Assembly (NCBI RefSeq): GCF_008000775.2
Contig: NZ_CP042905.2
Span: forward strand, 4,290,001-4,322,000
Reading direction: 5' to 3'
Origin: Promethearchaeum syntrophicum
GTDB taxonomy: Archaea; Asgardarchaeota; Lokiarchaeia; Sigyniarchaeales; Promethearchaeaceae
Length of the DNA: 32,000 bases
The notes under the pieces are model-generated. The model was not told where the DNA came from, did no database searches, and saw only the letters and a program-made list of their open reading frames with translations. Each line of letters begins with the position of its first letter. Positions within the stretch are counted from its first letter, which is position 1. Below are positions 1-8,714 of this stretch, piece by piece. The translations under genes and the position numbers were made by a program.

Positions 1-43
1 TAAATCTTTGAGGCATCTGAGAAAGATTTAGTTAATTATAAAT
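1..43 (+). promoter_or_regulatory. Conserved cassette leader, copy 1: perfect hairpin (AAATCTTT-N12-AAAGATTT, 2-29) followed by TATA-like TTAATTATAAAT (32-43)
   Basis: The 43 nt at 1-43 are identical to 320-362. The inverted repeat was verified by reverse complement. An AT-rich TATA-like box lies about 45-55 nt upstream of the following start codon. Confidence 0.6.
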
Positions 44-88
44 ACCTTAACTCTATACAATCTAATATATCCTCTTCTGCTTAAACGA

Positions 89-322
89 GTGAAAAAGATG
101 AAATCAATAAATCTCAAAAGATTTGGATTTTGGGTGGGTTTAATATCAGCTTTGGTTATAATATTAGTCTTAATTCCTAAGATCGAGCGATATACATTAT
201 TTTTTCTTATTATACTTGCAATATTCGGTCTTGAAAAATTAGGGGAAAGAATATGTGTAAGGATAAAATTAACTGCAGAGCAAGTTACGAATGCCCATAT
301 AAATAATCGTTCTAATCATTAA
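89..322 (+). CDS. Small two-TM membrane protein, cassette copy A (hypothetical)
   Basis: ORF of 77 aa with two hydrophobic helices (FGFWVGLISALVIILVLIP and YTLFFLIILAIFGL). It is a paralog of the 408-665 ORF. The start is either GTG 89 or ATG 98. Confidence 0.45.
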   Translation: MKKMKSINLKRFGFWVGLISALVIILVLIPKIERYTLFFLIILAIFGLEKLGERICVRIKLTAEQVTNAHINNRSNH

Positions 323-362
323 ATCTTTGAGGCATCTGAGAAAGATTTAGTTAATTATAAAT
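320..362 (+). promoter_or_regulatory. Conserved cassette leader, copy 2: same hairpin (321-348) plus the TATA-like box (351-362)
   Basis: Identical 43-mer to 1-43, offset by 319 bp. It begins with the TAA stop codon of the preceding cassette gene. Confidence 0.6.
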
Positions 363-407
363 TGCTTAACTCTATACAATTTAGTATATTATCATCTGCG
401 ATCAAGA

Positions 408-665
408 GTGAAAAATGTGAAATCAAAAAGCATTGTAAAAATTGGAGTTTGGACAGTTTTAACTTCAGCTTTGGCTATCTCCTTATTTCTAATTCCTACC
501 CTCGCGGAATATATAATAGTTGTTCTCACTATACTCATTATATACGGTATTGCACAATTTACGGCCCAATTAAGGGTAAGAAAAGAGTTGTCCATAGATC
601 AATCTATAAATACCTCTTTACAGTGCTCTGTCCTTTTAGTAGTTTTACTTATATTAATTCTATAA
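408..665 (+). CDS. Small two-TM membrane protein, cassette copy B (hypothetical)
   Basis: ORF of 85 aa. It aligns without gaps to copy A (KS..K.G.W..L.SAL.I.L.LIP...Y....L.I..I.G), roughly 40% identity by eye. GTG starts are possible at 408 and 417. Confidence 0.45.
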   Translation: MKNVKSKSIVKIGVWTVLTSALAISLFLIPTLAEYIIVVLTILIIYGIAQFTAQLRVRKELSIDQSINTSLQCSVLLVVLLILIL

Positions 666-698
666 AATTAGGTTAAAAAAATAAAGGAAGAATATTGA

Positions 699-1322
699 TT
701 ATTCTCCGAGTTCATCAAATGGAATATGCATAGTTTCAACTGAATTCATTGTAATTGCCATAATATCCATGGCATTTCCGGCCATTGCATCTCTTTTTAT
801 TGCGTTTCTTACCACTTTTTTCATTAACTCAATGCCTTTTTTTACTGTCAGAGTTGGTTTATATTCTGCTTCCAAGATTGAAACTGCGAAGGTTGCTGAG
901 CTTCCACTCACACCGTAATCGTCTTCCATTAAAGAACCAATAGCATCCATGGTGTAGACTCTAGGGCCATTTTCATCTATCCCTGCAACTTCTACATTAA
1001 CATATAAAGGAGCCATCTTTCTTTGATACATATAATTTGCTACCATTTTAGCCATAGCTTGAACTGAAATTTTATAGCCTTCTCGTAATTCATAGATGTT
1101 AGCTTGTGCATTCATGATTCGGGCTAATGCTTGGAAGTCTCCAATTAGACCGTAGCACGATATCGCTATCTTCTTGTCTTTTGTAAGAGGAAATATCTTC
1201 TTCACGTTCTTGTTATTAACCGTATAACCCCAAGTTGACCTTGTGTCATTACCTAAAACCACTCCATCCTTACATCTTATTGCCACGCTACAAGCGCCCG
1301 GAACCCAAATTTGCTGCGACAT
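699..1322 (-). CDS. psmB: 20S proteasome beta subunit, probably catalytically inactive (Thr1 replaced by Ala)
   Basis: The 207 aa align gap-free to archaeal PsmB. PG|ACSVAIRCKDGVVLGNDTR corresponds to G|TTTVGI...; Asp17 and Lys33 (VKKIF) are conserved, as are GSGS-like VSGSSA and RD(166). Confidence 0.9.
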   Translation of the reverse strand: MSQQIWVPGACSVAIRCKDGVVLGNDTRSTWGYTVNNKNVKKIFPLTKDKKIAISCYGLIGDFQALARIMNAQANIYELREGYKISVQAMAKMVANYMYQRKMAPLYVNVEVAGIDENGPRVYTMDAIGSLMEDDYGVSGSSATFAVSILEAEYKPTLTVKKGIELMKKVVRNAIKRDAMAGNAMDIMAITMNSVETMHIPFDELGE

Positions 1323-1335
1323 AATCTTCAGTTTT

Positions 1336-1365
1336 TATAGTTTTCTATAGTTTTCTAATAGTTTC
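1336..1365. repeat. Three tandem 10-bp units (tatagttttc, tatagttttc, taatagtttc) in the psmB / 1442-ORF divergent promoter
   Basis: Read directly from the sequence. The units lie 14-43 nt upstream of the psmB ATG on the minus strand (GAAAACTATA x2 plus GAAACTATTA). Confidence 0.8.
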
Positions 1366-1441
1366 GCAATTTAAATTTTTTCTTGTTTATTTTTATTAGT
1401 AAATAACAAAATTATTTACGGAGTTCTACAAAAATTCAATC

Positions 1442-2227
1442 ATGAGAACTAATATTTCACAATTTGAGAGTGTTGGGTATGAGTATGCAAATAAGCTCAA
1501 AAAGACTCTCAAAATAAAAAATGTGGATGATTTTGTTAAATACCCTATTGAATTTATCCATGAAAAATCGGGTATTGAAATTAAGCGCCTAGAACAATTT
1601 TCTGATTTATTTGATCTATTTAGAGTACCAAATCTATCCGCTCGGGAAACCGAATTGTTGTATAACGCTAATATTAATTCAGTTACGGAACTTTCTCATC
1701 GCCAAGCTATAAGAATTTATTACAAATTAAAAAACATTGATGAGGAAACATATTTTATCATTTTGCAGTTACCTACGTTTGCCAAAATTGACGAATGGAT
1801 TTATTTTGCAAAAATGTTAACAAAACGAATAAAAATCGGGCTGAATATTCCGATTATCTTATTCCCAATGGTTTCAATAAGATCAGCCAGCGAATTAAAA
1901 AATTTTAAGATTTTCACAGCAAACGATTTTATTACTAAAGAACCAAATATCCCAAAAATATGGCGTATGGTTGATATGAAAAGAAGAGATTATAAAAAAC
2001 TCAAGCGAATGATAAATTTCGTAAAAATCCCTGGAGTGGATATATATTTTGCGAAAATATTCCAGGAGGCTAAAATAAAGGATGTAATTGAATTTAAAGA
2101 ATTAGAAGCGGATGCGATTTTAGAGATGGTAAAACTTATTCAAGATCAGGAAGTCTCTTGCATTGAAAAGATAGATATTGAATTCATCAAAGAAATTCAA
2201 AAAAAAATTATGGAGGAGGAATTTTAA
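1442..2227 (+). CDS. Hypothetical protein with repeated helix-hairpin-helix-like (DUF4332-like) modules
   Basis: The 261 aa contain three segments that fit the DUF4332/HhH pattern: FESVGYEYANKLKKTLKIKNVDDF, FRVPNLSARETELLYNANINSVTELS and VKIPGVDIYFAKIFQEAKIKDVIEF. The stop codon directly abuts the next ATG. Confidence 0.5.
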   Translation: MRTNISQFESVGYEYANKLKKTLKIKNVDDFVKYPIEFIHEKSGIEIKRLEQFSDLFDLFRVPNLSARETELLYNANINSVTELSHRQAIRIYYKLKNIDEETYFIILQLPTFAKIDEWIYFAKMLTKRIKIGLNIPIILFPMVSIRSASELKNFKIFTANDFITKEPNIPKIWRMVDMKRRDYKKLKRMINFVKIPGVDIYFAKIFQEAKIKDVIEFKELEADAILEMVKLIQDQEVSCIEKIDIEFIKEIQKKIMEEEF

Positions 2228-5200
2228 ATGGCATTAATCGATAATTTGATAATAATTCTCTATAGTGTTGTGGGATTAAGCACATTTTTATTTGGATTCT
2301 CATTAGTTTTTAAAAATCTGAGAAAAATTAATCGAATCGAAAGAGAGAAATTTGATTTAGGTGATTGGCTTGCATCGATCGGTTTTGGTGTAATGTTTAC
2401 TCTCGCAATTTTATTTGCATTAAATCTTTCAATAGAATCTTTTATTATAACAGAGGATCCACTCCCTTCAATTGCTGGATTTTTATTAGTAATTATGATC
2501 GGAATACTCCTTATCTATCCACTATGGGAAGTGATATTTTTAGGAAGGCCTACAGCAGATAGTGTTCACGATTTTCATAAATTTCTGGAATCGAGAATAT
2601 TAGATAGATTTAAGGGTAAAATGGCATATTTAGTTTCTTTCGGAATATTTATTGTGATTTACATAATTCCTGTTATTGTTTTCACTCTTCTATTAGATTA
2701 TTCTTTTATAGAAATCCTTTTTGTATGGTTCTTATTATTCCCTCTATTCTTTTTAAACTATTTTGCAGCAAATGGAATTGTATCTGCAATTTTACAGACA
2801 AGTTTTAGAAAAACCATCTCATCGGACATAATAGAAGCGAGTAATACTGGTAAAAATACGAAAAAGATGATCATAAATGTATTTGTTATGATGATAACTT
2901 GGCTTCCTTTTCTTCTCAATGCTTATAATATAGCTAATCCCATCATAAGGGCAATTAATGGGTATGAATTACTTGAAAAAGATCCAATTATGGGTATAAT
3001 TTCATTAGTTACAACCGTTCCTCTAGGAATTAAGGGTTTCTTCAACAAATTCTGGAATAAAAAATCAAAAACAAAGACAATTGATTTCTTATTCAGTGGT
3101 TATATTTTTATTGCAATTGGAATTAACATGTTGATAAATTTCTTCCAAATCAATGAAGGATTAGTTGTTTCAGTTTTTAGCCAAGTAGGATTTCTCTCTT
3201 CACTTAGTGCAATTTTCTCAGATTATACCCTACTTGTTCCAATTATTGTGATTCAAAGTTTAATTACACTTGTTTATGGATTGATTATCTTTTTCCAAAA
3301 AAATTCAGATTTTCACTCTGATATTCGATTAAGGGCAACTTCAATCGCATTTGGAATTAAAGATCTTGATGATTTAATCAAAAAGGATGATCCGGGGGCA
3401 AAGAAAAAGAGGAAAGAAAAAGAAAGAAAGTATGATTATTTAACTTTATATAAATCTCTTTTACTTCCACCAGTTTTCTCAAAATATGGAGTCGATCTTA
3501 ACGAACAGGTTAGATTAAAAGCGCGACAGTATCTTCTCCTAATAAGTATTAATAGTACAGAACACGCTCAAAAAATTGTTGATTTTGTTTTTGAGACTTC
3601 AATCGATCCTAAATCTTCAGTGAAATTCAAATATTCCAAATACTCAGTAAAGGAAGCTATTAATTTGTTGGGGGATATCGGAAAGAAATATCCTGAATTT
3701 GTGATGACTCGAATGATTGAAGCACTACCCGAATCCGATATTCAGATTCAGAGGTATATTTTAGATGCCTTAGGAGATATAGGTGAAAAAAAGGAGAATT
3801 TAATTGTAATATTAGATGAAATAGAACCATTATTGGAAAGCACACGCTATGAATTAAGAACGGCTGCATTTCAAGCAATTTCAGAGATGGTTATGGAAGG
3901 ATCCAATGATGACAAGGAATTTATTCAGATAGCACTGAAGAAAGTTTACGAAATTTTATCTGAATGTTATAAAAATCCAGATATAATCGATACTGCAATG
4001 GAATCTTTAGTGCAAATGAGTGCAAGAATTGCGAATGATTTAGATATATCTAAAATAATTCCGTTCATTCATTATTCTGAAGGCAAAGATAAAGACACCA
4101 ATGATTATATTATACAAAATGCGATTATTGTTCTGGGTTATATGGTATATTATAATATTGATACGTTTCCGTTAGAAGATATTAAAAATTACCTTAAGGA
4201 TAAAAGGAATTTTATTAGATATGTTGCATGTGATGCTATCGGCAATTTTATTTTAAAATGTCCTGATAACTTCAAAGAATCTCTATTAGTAAATTTGATG
4301 ATTATATCTCTTTATGATGATGACGATGATGTATGTGAGATGTGCACTGAGAGTATTACAGAATTTTTAGTTTTGAATAAAAATTATGAACCGATAATTG
4401 ATGGTCAGAAAATCTCTGTTTTAAATTATTATTTAAAGGCCCTATCGAGTTCAGAACGAAAAATTGCAGAAAAAGCTAGCGAAGCCTTAAAATCAATCAG
4501 TCCACTTTATGAGGAAAATATTTATCCCCAATTAGAAGAAATCATCAAAAAACAAGAAAACTTGGAATTAGTTAGGGATAGTTTACATGTAATTGCGCTA
4601 TCTGGTATTGAGGAGCACCTTAGTGTTGATTTAAACTTGATATATGGATTAACTGAACATACTGATGCAAGTGTGCGTTCAGAAGCAGTCTATACATTAG
4701 GGTTACTCTCAAAAAATAGGACTGATATAGATGAAAACTATATTATAAAACTAATCGATGATCCCGATCCCCAAGTAAGAAGTCAAACAATTTTTGCATT
4801 GGGAAAAATAGGTATAAATAAACCTGATAAAGTAATTCCGATATTGATTCAGGGATTCTTTGAAATCGATAGGCAATCAGATGATAAAATAAACGAAGTT
4901 GAATTATTTGCTGAAAGTTTAGGATTAATTGGAGCTGAGCACCCATCAAATGAGATTATTGTTTCTCTTCAAAGTGGATTGATGGGGGACTCGAACCCTT
5001 TCACTAAAGATGTTATGGCTCATGCATTAGGAGCAATTGGACACGGTATGATCCGCTCGGGAAATGCAACGCGGAGAATAGAAAATGAAGCATTTTACAA
5101 TAGTGTTAGTTGGTTACGAAGTCAAAGCAAAAAAGAATATACTATCGGAAATCTAGTTATTATTTTCATTGAAGCATTGCAATTAAAATCCATTCCAAAT

Positions 5201-5758
5201 TCAGTCATGGATGAAATATCAGATTCAGTTCAAGATCTTTTACCTGTCTTCTTATTTGTTGACGAAGATGAAAGAAAAAAGAACAGAATCTTAACAACCA
5301 TTAAAGAATTACTTGCTCAAGCATATTATAGTAATTACAATAATGAAATTCTCGAAAATATAGATAGAATAGATAGTTTAATAAGCTTTAAACGTAGTTT
5401 CGAGACAGACTTAACATCTCTTCAGGAACAGTTCATTTTCTTTAGTAAACAGTACACAAGTGACGGAAAACAGTTTTATGACCAAGGTAATGTCTTTTTG
5501 CAATTAGTTAAGAAAGAGGAACCTGAATTCTATGATTATGCTCTTCGTTCTTTTGAAGTCGCGATCGATTTAGCTCCATTTGAATTTTTTACACCTAATT
5601 GTTTATTGCAAATGGCAATTATTTTGGAGCATAAAGGGGAACATTTGGAAGCGAAGAAGAAATATGAAGAAGCTTTAGAAATTTTCAGCAGTTTAGATGA
5701 AATTGAAAAAATGAAAGAATGTGAACAAGCACTTACTTCTATTCAGCAACATCTTTAA
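2228..5758 (+). CDS. Large polytopic membrane protein with cytoplasmic HEAT/ARM repeats (PBS-lyase HEAT-like) and a C-terminal TPR-like end
   Basis: 1176 aa. The first ~370 aa hold about 9-10 hydrophobic helices, followed by a basic linker (KKKRKEKERK). HEAT-like repeats include DASVRSEAVYTLGLLS, DPDPQVRSQTIFALGKIG, IQRYILDALGDIG and RYELRTAAFQAISEM. The C-terminus is TPR-like (AKKKYEEALEIFSSL). Confidence 0.75.
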   Translation: MALIDNLIIILYSVVGLSTFLFGFSLVFKNLRKINRIEREKFDLGDWLASIGFGVMFTLAILFALNLSIESFIITEDPLPSIAGFLLVIMIGILLIYPLWEVIFLGRPTADSVHDFHKFLESRILDRFKGKMAYLVSFGIFIVIYIIPVIVFTLLLDYSFIEILFVWFLLFPLFFLNYFAANGIVSAILQTSFRKTISSDIIEASNTGKNTKKMIINVFVMMITWLPFLLNAYNIANPIIRAINGYELLEKDPIMGIISLVTTVPLGIKGFFNKFWNKKSKTKTIDFLFSGYIFIAIGINMLINFFQINEGLVVSVFSQVGFLSSLSAIFSDYTLLVPIIVIQSLITLVYGLIIFFQKNSDFHSDIRLRATSIAFGIKDLDDLIKKDDPGAKKKRKEKERKYDYLTLYKSLLLPPVFSKYGVDLNEQVRLKARQYLLLISINSTEHAQKIVDFVFETSIDPKSSVKFKYSKYSVKEAINLLGDIGKKYPEFVMTRMIEALPESDIQIQRYILDALGDIGEKKENLIVILDEIEPLLESTRYELRTAAFQAISEMVMEGSNDDKEFIQIALKKVYEILSECYKNPDIIDTAMESLVQMSARIANDLDISKIIPFIHYSEGKDKDTNDYIIQNAIIVLGYMVYYNIDTFPLEDIKNYLKDKRNFIRYVACDAIGNFILKCPDNFKESLLVNLMIISLYDDDDDVCEMCTESITEFLVLNKNYEPIIDGQKISVLNYYLKALSSSERKIAEKASEALKSISPLYEENIYPQLEEIIKKQENLELVRDSLHVIALSGIEEHLSVDLNLIYGLTEHTDASVRSEAVYTLGLLSKNRTDIDENYIIKLIDDPDPQVRSQTIFALGKIGINKPDKVIPILIQGFFEIDRQSDDKINEVELFAESLGLIGAEHPSNEIIVSLQSGLMGDSNPFTKDVMAHALGAIGHGMIRSGNATRRIENEAFYNSVSWLRSQSKKEYTIGNLVIIFIEALQLKSIPNSVMDEISDSVQDLLPVFLFVDEDERKKNRILTTIKELLAQAYYSNYNNEILENIDRIDSLISFKRSFETDLTSLQEQFIFFSKQYTSDGKQFYDQGNVFLQLVKKEEPEFYDYALRSFEVAIDLAPFEFFTPNCLLQMAIILEHKGEHLEAKKKYEEALEIFSSLDEIEKMKECEQALTSIQQHL

Positions 5759-5781
5759 GAATAGAAGTGTTTATTTTTTTT

Positions 5782-7323
5782 ATGGAATTACCCAGATCTG
5801 CGGGTATATTATTGCACCCAACCAGCGTTTATACTCGTTATGGGATTGGTGATTTAGGTCCAGATACTTTTCAATTTATTGAATTTTTAAAAGCTAGTTC
5901 ACAACATTTTATGCAAGTATTACCAATTGGACCAACTGGCTATGCAGACTCTCCTTATCAAACCATATCAGCATTTGCGGGAAATCCTCTTTTAATTAGT
6001 CCAGATGGATTAATTCAAATGGAACTTATCACCTTGGAAGAAGTGGATCAATGCCTAAAGGAAATTAAAATACATGATGAACCTTCTAAGAATTTAAAAG
6101 TGAATTATCAAAATGTAATTGATCTTAAAGAGAAAATCTTAAAAATTGCTTTTAAAACATTTTTACAAAAGCAATTTCAACAGAATTCAAAATTAAATGA
6201 TTCTTTTGTTAAATTTTGCGAAGAACAAGCATATTGGTTGGATGATTTTGTACTTTTTTATTCTCTTAAGGTAGCAAATAATTTACAATCGTGGATAACC
6301 TGGCCAAAAAATTTTGCCTTGAGGCACAAAAATGCTTTAAAAGTATGGATTGCAGGTCATTCGAGAGAATTAAAACTATATAAATTTATACAATGGATAT
6401 TTTCAATCCAATGGACTAATTTACGAGATTTTGCTCATAAAAATAATGTTGAAATTATTGGTGACATGCCAATATTTGTTGCCCATGATTCTGTTGATGT
6501 TTGGGCAAATTCTGATTTATTCACATTAAATCCAGATGGAACTTTAGAATATCAAGCAGGAGTCCCCCCGGATTATTTTTCAAAAACAGGTCAGTTATGG
6601 GGCAATCCGTTATATAAATGGGAGATTCTACAAGAGAGAAATTTCAAATGGTTTATTCAAAGATTTAAAAGACAAATAGAATTATTTGATTGGATACGCG
6701 TTGACCATTTTCGCGGTTTTCAAGCATTTTGGAGAATTTCTGGAACCGCCAAGGATGCAATTGATGGAAAATGGATAAAAGCTCCTGGGGAAGATTTATT
6801 TATTGAGGTCCAAAAACAGCTTGGTATCCTGCCAATAATTGCTGAAGATTTAGGAGTAATAACATCTGAAGTAGAAGCATTACGAGATAAATTTAACTTT
6901 CCCGGAATGAAAATACTCCAATTTGCCTTTGGGAGTGATGAAGAAAATCCATATTTACCACATAACTTTGTTCATAATTGTATATCGTACACAGGAACTC
7001 ATGATAACAATACTACATTAGGGTGGTGGCAAAATGATGCAACTAAAACTGAAAAGAAGAATTTAAGAGAATATTTAAACACGAAATCAGAGAATAAAAG
7101 TGTAGTAGATGATTTAATTAGGATTCTTTATCGATCAATTGCAAAAGTGGCAATAATTCCAATCCAAGATCTTTTAGGCCAAGGCGAAGAAGCTAGAATG
7201 AATACTCCAAGTGTTGAAGGTGGAAATTGGCAATATCAAGTAAAAATTGATAATGATGTTAAAAATCGCGCAAAATTTCTGAAGAAAATAACAAAACTAT
7301 ACGGAAGAAAAGTGATTATATAA
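5782..7323 (+). CDS. malQ: 4-alpha-glucanotransferase (amylomaltase, GH77)
   Basis: The N-terminus RSAGILLHPTS...GIGDLG and the motif SPYQTISAFAGNPLLISPD match the family. The catalytic motifs IRVDHFRGF, IIAEDLGVI and YTGTHDNNT are all present. The ATG at 5782 is preferred over the GTG at 5767. Confidence 0.95.
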   Translation: MELPRSAGILLHPTSVYTRYGIGDLGPDTFQFIEFLKASSQHFMQVLPIGPTGYADSPYQTISAFAGNPLLISPDGLIQMELITLEEVDQCLKEIKIHDEPSKNLKVNYQNVIDLKEKILKIAFKTFLQKQFQQNSKLNDSFVKFCEEQAYWLDDFVLFYSLKVANNLQSWITWPKNFALRHKNALKVWIAGHSRELKLYKFIQWIFSIQWTNLRDFAHKNNVEIIGDMPIFVAHDSVDVWANSDLFTLNPDGTLEYQAGVPPDYFSKTGQLWGNPLYKWEILQERNFKWFIQRFKRQIELFDWIRVDHFRGFQAFWRISGTAKDAIDGKWIKAPGEDLFIEVQKQLGILPIIAEDLGVITSEVEALRDKFNFPGMKILQFAFGSDEENPYLPHNFVHNCISYTGTHDNNTTLGWWQNDATKTEKKNLREYLNTKSENKSVVDDLIRILYRSIAKVAIIPIQDLLGQGEEARMNTPSVEGGNWQYQVKIDNDVKNRAKFLKKITKLYGRKVII

Positions 7324-7423
7324 AATCTCTTCCCCCTAAGACATTAATTCAGTTATACTCCATTTTTTATTTACCATATTTTTAAATATATCAATTAAAT
7401 AAAGAGGATAGGAGAAGGAGTAT

Positions 7424-8689
7424 TTGAACGATCAAGACCCGAAATTGCGGACAAAAATCAATTCTGAGCAAAATATATCAAATAAAGAAGAATTTCCTTC
7501 AGAATTAAGACAAGAAAAAGTGAACCATTTTTCCGCTTCTATAGATAATTCTAATCAAGAATTCTCAAGAAATTTTATTGTTCCTTTAAACGGTAAAGAT
7601 AATCAAATAAAAAATGTTCAAGATTTCTTTTCACAATATGGAGAAATCAAAAATCTATTACAATTTAATTTAGATAAAATAGAAAAGCACAATGAAAGAA
7701 ATGGTGAAAAATTGGAAATTTATGATAACTTAGGGAAAATATCAGGAAAAATTCTTATAAAAACACCGAGAAATCATGAAATTCAATTATTTCTTCAACA
7801 ATTCTCATCTACAAATTATTGTAAATTATATAAAATTAATATATATAGACTTCTTGAGAAAATTAATAGAAATATTATTTCTTTGAAAGAAGAATTGATT
7901 AGATTTTTTATATTAAAAGATTTTCCTGAACCTTTTATTATTTTATTTCCTCTGGATGAGCTAGAATATTTCTCTCAAGAAGAAATCGTTCTCTTGTATT
8001 CAATATTTAAAATCACAGATAATTTTGCACCGATTTCATTAGGGGGATTATTTTTATTCGTCTCTTCACTAAAGCAAAATTTGCCACATGAGTTTAACAA
8101 TTTCTTTGATTTAGAAGTTAATGTAAAAATACCAGATATACAGAGCAAAAAGCGCTTAATAGAATCAATTTTAAAGAATATTCCGAATAATAATGTTGAT
8201 ATCGATCATTTTTCATTACAAGTAAAGGATTGGAATGTAGCATCAATTAGAAAATTCATTATTTTTGCTTATAGATACTTTCAAATTAATCAAAAAGATG
8301 ATTTAACAAGTAAAATGAAGTTTAATACCAAATTTCTTAGCGATTTAATTGAAAATAATTCAATAAATTTCAGAAACGATATTTCTTTAGATAAAAAAAA
8401 CGCAATACAGATTAATAATACAATAAATTCTCAACCTAAATTATTAGATTCAGGTAAAAAATTAAACCAAAACTTAGAAAACCAATTATATCAAGAATCT
8501 GCTTCAAAAAATTATGAGGATTTATGCATAATATTAGATAAAATTCAAAAAGGGATTGTTCTTTTGCCATTTGAAAGGCAAACACTAGCAGATAATTCCT
8601 TTATTCTAAAAGAAGACCCACAAAAAGCCTTGCAAAAACTAAATAAAGCAAAATCTACCGTTGATAAGTTTAAAAAGATTATTTCTTAA
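7424..8689 (+). CDS. Hypothetical protein with a degenerate classical-AAA+-like core (Walker A lost)
   Basis: 421 aa. A TTG start is preceded by GGAGAAGGAG, and there is no internal Met for about 300 codons. ILIKTPRNHEIQLF sits where GPPGTGKT is expected. PFIILFPLDELEYF is Walker-B-like. KIPDIQSKKRLIESILKNIP...VDIDHFSLQVKDWNVASIRKFIIFA resembles the AAA lid. Confidence 0.6.
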   Translation: MNDQDPKLRTKINSEQNISNKEEFPSELRQEKVNHFSASIDNSNQEFSRNFIVPLNGKDNQIKNVQDFFSQYGEIKNLLQFNLDKIEKHNERNGEKLEIYDNLGKISGKILIKTPRNHEIQLFLQQFSSTNYCKLYKINIYRLLEKINRNIISLKEELIRFFILKDFPEPFIILFPLDELEYFSQEEIVLLYSIFKITDNFAPISLGGLFLFVSSLKQNLPHEFNNFFDLEVNVKIPDIQSKKRLIESILKNIPNNNVDIDHFSLQVKDWNVASIRKFIIFAYRYFQINQKDDLTSKMKFNTKFLSDLIENNSINFRNDISLDKKNAIQINNTINSQPKLLDSGKKLNQNLENQLYQESASKNYEDLCIILDKIQKGIVLLPFERQTLADNSFILKEDPQKALQKLNKAKSTVDKFKKIIS

Positions 8690-8714
8690 ATTATTAATTT
8701 AACACAATTTTAAA

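Noticed and set aside
362-676. ORFs 362-676 (+) and 392-595 (-), which overlap the second small-membrane-protein cassette
   Set aside because: They are alternative-frame or antisense readings of the cassette. The 408-665 frame is the one that is paralogous to the copy A protein.
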